Shown piece after piece: positions 42,101 to 53,798 of a stretch of DNA of 64,000 nucleotides. The notes beneath the pieces are model-generated. The model was not told where the DNA came from. It searched no databases and saw only the letters and a program-made list of their open reading frames with translations. Each line of letters starts with the position of its first letter. Within the stretch, counting starts at the first letter, position 1. Made by a program: the position numbers and the translations under genes. The stretch is taken from assembly GCA_012295275.1 (NCBI GenBank), contig CM022666.1:13020001-13084000 (forward strand), written 5' to 3'. The DNA is from Chrysomallon squamiferum. Its lineage: Eukaryota; Animalia; Mollusca.

Positions 42101-45100
42101 TTAGGATACTCTATACAGATTATTTTGGTTTATCATTATACAAGAAACAATACTGGCATCTAGTAATGGTTAATATTAAAATGTGTTTAAGGAACTGTTA
42201 AATATTTATTATCAGCTGTTGTTGCTTTTTCATATCCCAGTATTTAAAAAAACCACCACAACAGTTAGTAACTTGATGTTAGTTTTATTAAACCTGCATT
42301 CATTTACTATTTAAATATAGATATGTTTACAAATTTCTACACTTGATTCTCAGTATTTTTAAAATACACATATTTCTATATTTTTTTAAATATATCTTGA
42401 TATTCTTATCCACCATGATGAGAAATATACGCACTGAGCCACGTGCTTTGAAAATGACAAAAATCCTGAGTGGCACAAATTAATTTTTTGAAATAATTAA
42501 AAATGATTATTTATATAGATAAATAAATAAATAAATGTTTTTCCGTAGCTTGCATTTGAGCACTTAATTTCATTTCATATGTGACTGAAATATATGACAT
42601 GCATACATATTTTGAAAGATGAACAAAATGGCACATACATGGTTGAATGAATATGTTTACAAGTATTTAAATTTTGTTTTTGAATTTCTCTTACAAAATG
42701 AACAACATTTTTGTGTTCCAACCCAATATAGTTTTTCTAAATAATAAATGCTTATCATATATTATATTTTCCAAATAACAATAAGTTCTGACATGTACCC
42801 TAAATTGGTTTCTTTAATTTCAAATTATTTTACCAGTAATACTTTCAGAACAAAATGTTTTCTTTTTCAGATCAGCTACACAGTATACCTGTACAGCAGA
42901 TGGGTAACTACCAGGAATATTTGAAAAAACAGCCCTCCCCTCTCAGAGAGCTGGAAAACGCCCCAGTCAGACTGCACATGTTTGGAAATCCTTTTAAAGT
43001 TAACAAATCTGTAAGATATCTTTCAAAAACACCCATTTGTATTATTATTACTCTTGTTGTTATCGTTCATCACACAGATTAAATTTTAAACTTTAATGAT
43101 GTTTTGTTATTAGTCTGTCATTTTTGGATTTTGTTTAGTTTTGTCTGGTTGATGACAGTTTGTGAATGTATAGCATAGTACAGTCAAGAATTTTCCACAT
43201 TTATAGTGATGTTTGTCTAGTCTGTTTCCTAGAGTGTTTATCATATAATTTACATTTAAGTTTTCTTTTACCAGTGTAGAAGGGATATTAGCTTTCAAGA
43301 TAGAATTATTTATTTATTTAATTTATTTAATTTATTTACAGCAGCAGAACTTCATGACAGATGAGGTGGATGATGCTATGTTTGGAACACAAAACAAAAA
43401 AAGACCTGCAGAAAGTCCACCACCTTCTCCTGGGCCTCGGAAGAGAAAGCCTGGTACGTGTTAATCTGTGGCAAATAGAGATTGGGTTCTATTTGGCTTT
43501 ATTTTATTTCAATTATTTTTTCTTCCCCCTTCTAAAACACATTTTCATGTTTACTGAAGTGTTTGCTTAATTAGTACTTATAATAGGTATTGTAATTTAA
43601 AATCAAAATCAAAAAAAGACATTTAAAAACAAAAATTGTAAGAGCATTCAGTTAATAGATCAAATAAAATTTTAAAAAAAATATTGGTAATTATTTGTTT
43701 TCAGATCATAACATCAGACTTCTATTACAAATAAGGTCACATTGAAAATATATAATTTTATACAATTATTACCTCGACAGTGAATTCAGTGAGCAAAAAA
43801 ATACTAATAAAAAAATGAACAATTCTTGACTTCAGGTCCATTACCACGTGATATTCCAGTAAGGCGCCCCTCCACACCTCTACCCACACCCCCACCATCC
43901 CCCCTGCCAGAGGAAACCCCCATGAAGACAGAGGAGGAGAATGAAGAGCCTGTCCAGAATGTTTGAAGGTAATTACAATTTTATCTCAGCTGATTCACTC
44001 TGTTAATCAATCTCTTTTTATTACACTAAGGCTAGTACTGTGTATGAAGCCCAGTTATTCCCATGTTTGAATGGATTTCCACAATTTGTTAATTATACAG
44101 TTTGCCTCATAAACTTTATATATTACAAAGACCACAGTGATGACATTCATACACCCAGCTCGTTTGGAGCCTAATGGCAGTGAAGAGAGAAAAATCTGAG
44201 TGGCCAAGATTGTACTGTTTGAAAATTTCCCATATTTAAGCAGCATCTTAATGAAATATTTTAGTATTTATCTGCCTTGTATCTGTGTTTGTTCATGCAC
44301 AGACATATTCATTGTTTGACATACAGTTAGATTTATTCATACACATCTCTTTGATGTTTTATAAAATAGTGAATTTCATTTATGGAATACTTATTCAGTT
44401 GAAACTGGATATATTTCTAGAATATTCAAACATCCATATACGTCCCATATTCCAGTATATTTTAATAGGGGGTTTTTTAGGTTTTTTTTTAACAGTGATG
44501 GTTAAATAGTTAGATAGTTTGTTTTCTTAATTATTAAAATTTAATGTGTTTATTAATAAATCACGATTTAAATGCTTTGTCTGTGTGTACATGTGTGACA
44601 AGAGTGGCGATAGATCAAAATAAGTGTTCCTTTAATATAGTGGATCAGTATTTCTTCTACTGCTGATGATTTATAATGAATTTATCAAGTCTGTGTATTT
44701 GTATAAAGACCACAGTGATGACATTTATACACCCAGCTCGCTTGGAGCCTAATGGCAGTGAAGAGAGAAAAATCTGAGTGGCCAAGATTGTACTCATTAA
44801 TAAATCTTAGTTGCCAAAAATAGATTAAAAACAAACATATTGTACTTGCTCAAATGTATTTGAATTAAATATGCAACAGTTTAGTTTAGAAAAGTTTTGT
44901 AGTGGATAAATCCTGGGTATATTCATAGTTATTCAAAATTTTCATTTTTATTCTTTTGAGACATCTTTAAAAAAGGTCAGATAAATTTTTATTACTTACA
45001 GAGAAATAATTTAATTTTACAGACTGATGGTATTTTTAAACTAAATCATTGAGGATTATTTTCAAGGTGTTCAGAATTTTACACATTTCAAACATTATTT

Positions 45101-46322
45101 TATCTTGGATGTTGCAGAAAATGGAGATTTGCACATTGTGATAGAGGACTATACCCCTATAAAAAAGACTGAGAAGAAAAGTGAGGTGATTAAAAAAGAG
45201 AAACCAAACAACATGTTGAGAAAGAGCAGTGCTGAAATGAACAATGTAGACTCTAAACTTGTGAACAGTGTGGATAGGACGCCTCCCTACCCAGTCACTC
45301 AGTTTGTGAACAGCAAGCGAGAGACGCAGGTGTTGATAGACAACACAAAGTTACGAGACATTCTGTGCAAGGAGGTGAAGAGACCGGGAAGGAGTAAGTT
45401 GTGTTTTGTTGTAGTTTGTGTGTTAGAGCAGTGGCTGAAGTTTCATTGGTCATGTAGTCAGTTCTCCTCAGGTATCATCTTAGGATATTTCCAGCTCTCT
45501 CTGTGATATTTAATTTGTTTCTCAGTGGGTTGTATCACTTTCGCAGTCTGTGGGAGGGTGAATATAAAATATATTTTATTGCTAATCAGAAGATAAATTG
45601 TTTGACAAGATACAAATAATTTATCTTTTATAATTTGATAAATGTTACATGTTAGTGTTATATATGCTTTCATCTAAAGATATTTAGAAATGTTAGAGAA
45701 AATGCTTTTATTTTATTTTTGTTTTTTTGTTCATACATAAATGTCTTAATTATGCTAAATTTTGTTAGTGAAAATAAATAAATGGGTTTCAGGCCAACAC
45801 ATTTTTATGTTTATTGTTATTGAAATTGCTGTATCTCAAGTTATTTGAAGATTGGGGAAGAAATGATTTCATTTTTTTTTTTTTTTTTTTGTTCGTACAT
45901 AGTGTATAAATTACAAATTTTAAGATAATACTAAATATACATTAATTTTATTAAAAAAATGTATTTAAAGCCAATTTATTTTAATTAAATTTTGGATTAT
46001 TAAAATTGTTTAAATTAAAAATATTTAAAAGTATGGGTAAGAAAGAGTTTATTTCATACAAAATGTATTAATAACAAATTATAATACTAAATATAAATGT
46101 TTTTGTCTTTCAGACTATGATAAATTATTCAGCACATTAAACATGATTCAGGGAAGTCTAGAAATTCGGTGCTTGTTTATTCGGGACATAATTCGAGAAG
46201 CAACACGCTTTAAAAAGAAACTTCTTATTCGTATGTTAGAGGACTTTCAGCAAAACCTGGTTAATAACACTGATTCACCAAAACGGACAGCAAAATCTTA
46301 CTCTTCTTCAGTGTCAAGGTGA
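23076..46322 (+). CDS. INTS6: Integrator complex subunit 6 (vWA domain plus C-terminal INTS6/SAGE1/DDX26B/CT45 domain), 19 coding exons; apparent frameshift in exon 17
   Basis: Exons 23076-23186, 23302-23379, 25255-25404, 26149-26238, 26911-27094, 27575-27736, 28173-28399, 29157-29309, 30054-30186, 32679-32773, 33375-33485, 39671-39750, 40137-40286, 41377-41480, 42871-43010, 43342-43453, 43836-43968, 45118-45393, 46114-46322. Diagnostic peptides: MTIILFLIDTSASMNQRT, GIDTYGQGRSPFYLEP, ELTKEPFRWDQR, GHWPIPE, LPFDKYELEPSPLTQYILER, HSIPVQQMGNYQEYLK, KEVKRPGRNY..REATRFKKK. Confidence 0.95.
28980..29055 (+). ncRNA. Box C/D snoRNA, snR69-like (28S C equivalent to yeast Cm2948), copy A, INTS6 intron 7
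   Basis: Stem ATAACTAC/GTAGTTAT, C box GTGATGA, guide TAAACCTAGCTC complementary to 28S GAGCUGGGUUUA, D' CTGA, C' GTGAAGA, D CTGA. The D'+5 nucleotide pairs with the C of GAGCUGGG. Confidence 0.85.
32969..33048 (+). ncRNA. Box C/D snoRNA, snR69-like, copy B, INTS6 intron 10
   Basis: Stem TTTAACTAC/GTAGTTAAA, C box GTGATGA, same guide TAAACCTAGCTCT followed by D' CTGA, C' TGAAGA, D CTGA. Confidence 0.85.
33845..33920 (+). ncRNA. Box C/D snoRNA SNORD29/snR71-like, copy 1 (divergent boxes)
   Basis: Stem TAACCAC/GTGGTTA, C-like ATGACGA, guide ACCCAGCTCGC, altered D' region, C' TGAAGA, D CTGA. Confidence 0.7.
34543..34624 (+). ncRNA. Box C/D snoRNA SNORD29/snR71-like, copy 2
   Basis: Stem ATTGACCA/TGGTCAAT; C GTGATGA; guide ACCCAGCTCGC against 28S GUGAGCUGGGU; D' TGGA; hairpin GCC-TAAT-GGC; C' GTGAAGA; D CTGA. 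Confidence 0.85.
35057..35131 (+). ncRNA. Box C/D snoRNA SNORD29/snR71-like, copy 3
   Basis: Stem GATCAT/ATGATC; C ATGATGA; guide ATCCAGCTCGC (U.G wobble variant); D CTGA. Confidence 0.82.
35809..35890 (+). ncRNA. Box C/D snoRNA SNORD29/snR71-like, copy 4
   Basis: As copy 2; guide ACCCAGCTCAC is a perfect 11-nt complement of 28S GUGAGCUGGGU. Confidence 0.87.
36273..36347 (+). ncRNA. Box C/D snoRNA SNORD29/snR71-like, copy 5
   Basis: As copy 3; C ATGATGA at 36280, D CTGA at 36338. Confidence 0.85.
37026..37107 (+). ncRNA. Box C/D snoRNA SNORD29/snR71-like, copy 6
   Basis: As copy 4 (CTCAC guide); C box at 37036, D box at 37095. Confidence 0.87.
37490..37564 (+). ncRNA. Box C/D snoRNA SNORD29/snR71-like, copy 7
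   Basis: As copy 5; C box at 37497, D box at 37555. Confidence 0.85.
38198..38277 (+). ncRNA. Box C/D snoRNA SNORD29/snR71-like, copy 8
   Basis: Stem ATGACCAT/ATGGTCAT; C GTGATGA at 38207; D CTGA at 38266. Confidence 0.87.
39001..39080 (+). ncRNA. Box C/D snoRNA SNORD29/snR71-like, copy 9
   Basis: Stem TTGACCAT/ATGGTTGA (with G.U pairs); C box at 39010; D box at 39069. Confidence 0.85.
39445..39516 (+). ncRNA. Box C/D snoRNA SNORD29/snR71-like, copy 10
   Basis: Stem CCAC/GTGG; C box at 39450; D box at 39509; last copy before the 39671 acceptor. Confidence 0.87.
40750..40832 (+). ncRNA. Box C/D snoRNA SNORD29/snR71-like, copy 11 (INTS6 intron 13)
   Basis: Stem TGACCAT/ATGGTCA; C box at 40758; enlarged internal loop GCC-TGGAAAAAT-GGC; D box at 40822. 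Confidence 0.85.
41092..41365 (+). repeat. Degenerate pentanucleotide repeat (CCTTA/CCTCA/CTTTA/CATTA)n
   Basis: Directly visible; abuts the acceptor of INTS6 exon 14. Confidence 0.9.
41785..41848 (+). ncRNA. Box C/D snoRNA, third family (guide GAAATATACGC), copy A, INTS6 intron 14
   Basis: Stem CCAC/GTGG; C GTGATGA; guide GAAATATACGCA; D' ATGA; C' TGAAGA; D CTGA. Confidence 0.8.
42410..42473 (+). ncRNA. Box C/D snoRNA, third family, copy B, INTS6 intron 14
   Basis: Stem CCAC/GTGG; C ATGATGA; identical guide GAAATATACGCA; D' CTGA; D CTGA; the spacer has diverged from copy A. Confidence 0.8.
44132..44203 (+). ncRNA. Box C/D snoRNA SNORD29/snR71-like, copy 12 (INTS6 intron 17)
   Basis: Stem CCAC/GTGG; C box at 44137; guide ACCCAGCTCGT; D box at 44196. 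Confidence 0.83.
44710..44781 (+). ncRNA. Box C/D snoRNA SNORD29/snR71-like, copy 13 (INTS6 intron 17)
   Basis: Stem CCAC/GTGG; C box at 44715; D box at 44774. Confidence 0.86.
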
Positions 46323-49300
46323 TGAAAGGATTGACTAAATCAAAGCTTAATCTGTGTTCTTTCAAAGGCAGCCAAACTTAACAAATTTTTTGACTTTTGT
46401 TGTTTTGTTTTTTTTTTCTCCTCAAATTCGGATGTTGTGTGCTGGAGATGAAATTAAAAATTAGTGCTATCAGTATAAAAAAAATTAAGACTTTTCATTA
46501 CATCAAGCTCTTTCATACGTTAATTTTTTTTAAAATTCAGTAAAGTGTGTATTTGTGAATTTTAACTTTTGATACTCATTGCAGAGAATAGTTTTTTTGA
46601 ATCTTCTTGTCATTATAACTCAGAATCGATGCATTTCATTCTTTTTAAAATGTATGTCTAAATTAAGCTACATCCAGTTTTTTTTGTTTTTTTTTTTGGT
46701 AACTTGTATCAAGTTAAAAAGCAGAAGTAAAAATCATTTTAAATGTGAAAAAAAAAAAAGTTAAATGTTATTGGTTTTCTTTTCTAAGAACAAAAAAAAA
46801 ACGTTAAAAAATAAAATTGCTAATGAAAAATTAACAGTTCAATTAATTTTTGAAAATAAAATCATTCTCTGCATTGATAACATTTCACTGTATCATCCAA
46901 AAATTAAACATTTGTATATCACAGGATATTTCATCACACATTTAAAAAAGTGAATTAAAGATTGTTACCAATGTTCTTTTTGCATTGCTTCAGTTTTTAA
47001 AATAAATTTGCAAGTCATGAAAATCAATATGTATTTGTAAACATACAAAGTTTTGTTTTTCTTTAAATACTTTTTATAGAATAACTGATTTAGAAATATC
47101 ATATTTACAGTTCATGAAGAATGAAAATCAAGCAATGACGACAAGCATTAAAGTGTATCTTTGTTGAGACCAAAGTTTAAATTTATTTGTTTATTTTGCA
47201 TTGTCCAATCATAATTAATACTAAAGGATAGCAACAAGAGAGTACAGATTAAAATGTTAATTATGGGATCTGCTTTTTTTCTGTATTTATGATATCATAT
47301 AGACATCAGATTGGACTGTACTCCTTTCTTACAAAAAAGTAAAAATCTTGTCAGTCTGTGTATGTAATGATGTCATGACTCCAGTTTCTTGATACTGTTT
47401 TTGAAACATCCTAGCAGATGATTAATTAATAGCCCCCATTCAATCATCTAAATAGAAATTTTCATTGTTATATAAAGTCATTAAGCTGATTGGAATTCTC
47501 AAAGAAGATGTTTTTCTTTTAGCCAAAGGTATTAAACTAATTTCCACGAAAAAGAAGTAATAAAATGGACTACATACTGAACTAAGATAATTTCTTGTAA
47601 GTATCTGGTGTTCTACATGCAAGTGGACAAGTTCATTGATTATGAGATAACTACTTGGTCAGTTGTTTATTTGAAAGATGTATGGTTCGTTTTGTTAGTT
47701 AATTGTCCTTTTAAAAAAATATAAATAAATAAAAAAAGATAAGAAGAAAGAAAACAGAAAGCTAATATTATTATTTGCTTGTTAAAAGAAACGAAAATTC
47801 CTACTAGATTTTACTTTTTAAGTGAAACCTGCTTGTTATCTGACCAGTATTCTCTGTATCCTATAATTATTTATTTCCAGTTCTTACCAAGGCTCCCAGT
47901 TGTGAAATTAAAGCTTCTTCTAATTTCAGCTGTAATATAAAAAAAAGGGCCTATACACAATTTGATTTCAATCCTTTGAACCCTGATTTCACATACAAAT
48001 ATTTCTCCACATCCCAAACTGCCCAATCAAAATGGCTGAAATTTACAATCTTTCAGTTTTTTCTCTCTGCAAGCTGATTGGCTGAATATTTAATGACCAT
48101 GACATTTTCTAAAAAAAAAAAAAAAAGGTTTGAAAAATTATTTAACATTTATTTAATTTGGGGTAAAATATTAACTGCTCATGTGCAAAGGGTTTAAAAC
48201 AAAAGCCAAAGAGTTAACAGTTATGAAATTAGAAAACTTGTTTATACACATTTTACCTTGAACCAACCATTCTTTAACTCATTTTTAAACAGAAATAAAT
48301 AAAAAAATAAAAAAAATAAATGATGATGATATTGATCGTGTTAATAGTAATAACAATAAATAAATAAGTCTGTTAATCAGTTATTTATGGATACAATGTT
48401 AAGAATTAAGAAATACAAAGGAAAATCATGTCTTTAATATTTTTTTCCAGTCTGACCTCATTTTACCAACTTTATTATTGCAGATGCTGAAATCAGTTCA
48501 GATTGTTTTGTGTGGAACTAATGCTAATTTGATGCTGAAACTTTTTTTTTTAGTTAAATTCAGAATGTTTTGTGTGGAACAGAGTAAGTGCCTTTATTCA
48601 AAGGAATGTCACTGAAGTAATGAAAATGCAGCTAAAATTAGTCATTGTTATAGCCAAATCAAAATTTTAATCTGAACGTATGTTATAACTGAATAAATAA
48701 ATGTTATTTATTATCCACATTCATGTATGTATTTGTTGTGTGTTTGTTTGAAAAGACAACATGATTTCAGAGGTAGATAATCTGCACTGACAAAGATACA
48801 AAGTGAGTGGTACAAAGCACACTAGAGGGTGGCTGAGGATATAACCCCATTGACCCACCCAAAACATTTTTTAAAATAAAAAAAATTGTGTATTTTCTGT
48901 CATTCACAAGTGAAAAATACCACCAATCAGTAATAATTTACTGTTTTACACACACACACACACAATAGTGCCATTCTAAAAAAAAGTACTTAGTTGTAAA
49001 ATCAAGTAACATTTTCCTCTTGAAACTATATCTGATCAGTTTATCAGAGCTCGACACCTCAGTTATCAACCTTCTGAATAAACCTACCAAACTGTCTGCA
49101 ATTTCTCTTTACAATAATCTCTTTGTTCTTTCTAGCCAGCTTTATCTTAACAAACTTGTCAATATCCTTTAACTGATTCTTCTTTTTTCAACACCACAGT
49201 ATTTATCATAATTGTAATTAGACAGGTCAGGCCATATTTTGATGGCAAAACTGTACAGTGTCCTGATGTATACCAAAACCTCAGTTTTATTGACTGTCAT

Positions 49301-50289
49301 TTTTTATCCTGGTTTATTTCATACAGGGACAAATGATCATGTAGATTCATTCTACTGAAACAAACAAAATGAGTGAGTGAAAATCGCATGTACATGAAAC
49401 TTTCAAGACATAATTTTGCGAATTTTTATAGGCCACAAGTTTTTCTATAGAATCACATGTACACTAACTCTTCATTTTGCTGCAGAAACCAAGTTGAGGA
49501 CAGTAACTCCTTAGTTTAATGGCATAAACAAGGAAAGAAATAGCCTGGGTGGGGTTTTTAAATGTCTTCATTTATCACTCAGGTGTATTAGTATTGAGTG
49601 TCTCTTGAACTGTTCATTATGCTGTTAGTTCATCACTAATGTCTATCTTTATGTCTGTTTAATCTTGTCTAAATTTTGAAAATAAAATAGTATCAAGTAG
49701 TTTTTGGGGGTAATGTTCAGACATTTGAACACAGGAATAATTTTTTTTTTAAATTGCTCTTGGTCTGTTCTCAAATGTTAAAATTGTTTTTTTTTTCATT
49801 TATTATTTATAAATTTTGAAATTGGTATTTTCCTGGGGGTTCATGAATCTAACCTTGCCTAGAGCACTAGCCTGTCCATTCTGTAACAGTGGCAGTCTGG
49901 TATCTGTAATATCTTGATACCACGATGAGCTGATACCATGATGACCCTTCATTTGGTTATTTTCATGATGAAATTGTTTGGTATTTAACATTAGGCATGT
50001 TTTAAATCATTAGTCACTAAAATGACAGATCATTATGACAATTCAAAAAAATTTAACTTCAGAATAATTCAGTAGTTTTATCTGTAAGAAATGGGTTTTG
50101 TGTTTAATATTTGTTTTCAATTTTATAAATTTTAAAGTCATCAAAAGTATAGTCCTATTTTCTCAAAGCTTTTTTAAAAAAAAACCAAACAAACAAAAAA
50201 ATGTTAAAATTGAGAATTTTTAAAAATCTGTTATTTCTGAATCATTGTATGAAGTTCAAATAAAAATCAAAAATGATTAAACAAATATT

Positions 50290-53200
50290 TTATTTACCAC
50301 TTTTCTTTAGCAGCTTTTTTTTTTTTTTTTTATCAGGATTTTTAATTTGATGTCCTATTCTTGTTTTCTTGTATTTAAAGTTAGAAAATCCACTCAAATT
50401 TTCCAAAACGTCACCACTAGCAGTCAAATGTCTTTTCAGTTTCTTTGTCTCTGGGGCTACATCAGTCTCCTGTAGACTCTCTCTCTGTAGTAATATCTGT
50501 TTGTAAGTTAAATGCTCCGAGTCTGAATCATCATCTGAATAATCTCTGATGGAGATAAATTCTCCCAAATCACTTAATTTCTTTTTCTCACTTTTGAACA
50601 CATACAAATAAGAATAATCGTCTTTCGGAACAAATTTCACAGCTGCTGTGGACAGATTCTCAGTTTCGTCTTTAGATGAACTTTCCATCTGTTCCTCACC
50701 ATCTTTGACTCCAGAATCGGAGTTTTCTCTTTCTGACTGTTTTTTATTTTCCTCTGTCAACTCCTGTGTGGAATCGGTGACTTGGTCAGCAGTGTTCGTC
50801 GGAGACAACACTACAACATCTTCAGTGTCATCATCCCAAGGCATGACAATTGAAACTGCTTTGTTTTGACAAAATGAAACCAGTTCATTGAATTCAGACT
50901 CTTCCTTAGAACAACATTTCTGGGGAAAAAATATAAATTATATATATGAAAATAAACAAACAGACAAACAAATAATTAAATAAAATAAACTAAAACAAAT
51001 ACATAAATAAATTTAAAAAAATAATATCTTCTTTAAATCAAAATCTAATAATTTTTATTTTTTATTTTTTGGTGAAGTCAATAAATGAAAGAAGAATGAA
51101 CAAATAAATATTACAGTACAAGAGTATATTGACTTCCACTTAAAATACACTCATATCTGAATTTATCAAAAAATAATGTATGTAGTTTTATGCCACATAA
51201 AATATAAATGAAATGATATAAGTTGTTTGTATATTTGTCTTTACCCTAACAACAAATGGTAGAATTTTATTTTATTTTTAATAAGATAAATAGCTGGACT
51301 GAACTTTTTTACTGAATGAGAAATAATGACAATTTTAACCAGTCTCAACTCACTGACAAATATTTATAAGTGCAGAAAACAAAATTTTCTCCTTTTAACT
51401 GATAAACTGAATTATAAATATTAAAATCCTGACAAATTTATATTTTACCAATATTCATCTAAGACAAAATTAAATATATATATTAGTATTTCATTTCTGT
51501 GTATGCATTTGTGCATACTTATTAACTTGTAAAAACATCTACTCCTAAACCTTGCTGTTGCCTACACATTCCCCAGAAAACAACATTTTTACCTTGAATC
51601 CAACTCCAATAAGAGACTTGAAGCCGAAGTAAGGAGCAATTTTCTCACTGAACCGTGGAAGGCAGAGGGCGGGGCAGAGTCTGGAGGCAGCGAGGGGGAT
51701 GAGATGTTTTGTGATGAGCGGAGGCTCAGCTGACTGACACACGATGAACAGACTCAGCTCATCTTTCTCCAGTCCACGCGTGATCGCATTAACTCCGATA
51801 GCAAGCTGTGACCTGCAGTCAAACAACAACCACAGTTCACTCTGTGTTTTACTATATACATATATGTTACAAGATATAAATAAACTTGTCAAATTGCATG
51901 CCTTTCACAAATTTTCTTTATCTTCCTGGGTCTCTGTGTGTATAAATGTACATATACTATTACAGTGGTCTCGCCAGCTTTTGTGAAAGGAATGGAGGGA
52001 ATCAGAGCAACTGGTGCAAGTTAAACGAAATCAAAGTGTCTATTGACAACAAGTTTTGTCTGGTTGTCTGTGAATTATATTCTTTATTTATACAAAATAT
52101 ATAGTTTTGTAACCTTCTGTACATATATATATATATTATATATACATGTGTGTGTGTCTGTGAGATTGTTTTTACTGCTCTGAAAGAAAAAGAACACCAC
52201 GCAGCATGATAATGAACATTTATATGAATGTTGAGTTGGCAATGCATTGTTGATAATAATTATTTTTATATTGTGTGGATCAAGCGCGTATCTGTTAAAG
52301 TTATTTATGTATCTATTTTTTTTTTTACATAATTATTATACATTTAAAAAATGTGTAGCAATCATTGAAATTCATGTGCATTAATTTAGCCATGCAGTAC
52401 CTGCTACAGCAGCTTTGATTACACAGGCATCGTGAGTAGCAGCAAATTTCAGAGGAATCTGATTGCGTCCCATCAAAATGCAGGAGAGGGTAATTTGTAA
52501 ACATGACAATCGCAGCTTCGCACTACATTTATTTTGTTTAGGGAGAAGACACATGAACTGCTCACCCTGAAAGTGCAAAACAATGGCTGCCAGTCTAAAT
52601 AAACGGGTGGCAGATATTGCTGCTGTTGCTGCTGTTGCTGATGAATGGTGGGTGAACTTGTAAGTGGTAAGTGATGGCAGGCCTGCCATCTCTTACAGTA
52701 TGTAGCGAGACCTCTGAAATTACATGTATAATCTGAAATTCAGATAAAGATATCTGTCTTGCTATTAATCAATATCATCATTTTATTGATACCATTCGTA
52801 ACAAGGAAAAAGAAAGTCTTTTGTGTTGAGTTTCTGTGGACTGTAAGATCTGTTCTGCTCAGTGTGTTATGTCTGTTCAAGATAGATGCTAAAACTGCTT
52901 TTTCAAAGGCCACAGTATATTATTCCCTCCAGGTATTTTACTAGATTACGTGTCCATCAATGATTACATAGCATCAGCTTTTATCTTAAATTATACAAAA
53001 ACAAAAATAATGTTTTTCACTTAATTCAAATTTTAAAAATAAATATACATATATATTCATTACCTAAGACATTTTCTTTTCTTCTCATCTTCAGTTTCTT
53101 CAGTGATATGTCCATTTTTCAACTGTTCTTTTCTTTTCTGTTTTTCTTTCCAAGTTATTTTTGGACTAGCTAATGGCAATGTCTGCAATAAACTAAAAAC

Positions 53201-53497
53201 ATAATGTATTGCTTCATATGTTTTTACTGACAAATTACTTATTATTATTATTATTATTATTATTTTTTTATTGATATTTGTTTTGACTACTGTTGTTAAT
53301 TAATGCCAAAATATATAATTTCAATATGGGGTGGGTGTCTCTGTCTCACGTTCAAGTTATCATAAACAGCATGGGATGTTGAAAACAGTTCGTGTAAACA
53401 TTATCATTATGAAATACCTGCTTATTTTTTCTATCACTTCCTTAGACACCACTTTATCTACAACAGGCCTGAAAAACGAAAATATTTTCCAGTTAAT

Positions 53498-53580
<83 letters not shown>

Positions 53581-53798
53581 TAGAAAAGTAAACAAATGAA
53601 TTATTAAATATTTTACAGCGAATTAATTGAAAAGTTGTTGTTTTTTCAAGTTGTAAAGAGTATGTAAAGAGTAATCTGATACCATGTGTACGAGTATGGA
53701 TTGATGAGATAAGCCTTAGCTTGGGCACTGGTTTTTGTTTTTGACCTTTCGCGTAATGTTTTTTGAACATCTCTGTCGGTTAACGTGGGCACAGCCAT
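50290..53798 (-). CDS. RPP38: Ribonuclease P/MRP protein subunit p38 (L7Ae family), 5 exons
   Basis: Exons 53798-53683, 53468-53418, 53192-53064, 51812-51593, 50919-50290. Peptides YLINPYSYTW, LLQTL and QLAIGVNAITRGLEKDELSLFIVCQSAEPPLITKHLIPLAASRLCPALCLPRFSEKIAP..GFKSLIGVGFKK match RPP38. The Lys-rich C-terminus KIKNPDKKKK-like tail suggests a nucleolar localisation signal. Confidence 0.9.
53504..53578. repeat. (GA)n microsatellite in RPP38 intron 1
   Basis: Perfect dinucleotide run. Confidence 0.95.

Noticed and set aside
33845-44781. Dispersed ~70-bp repeats read as a CRISPR-like array or SINE
   Set aside because: The context is eukaryotic, spacing is irregular (hundreds of bp), and there are no cas genes, TSDs or tails. 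C/D boxes, terminal stems and rRNA complementarity explain the repeat.
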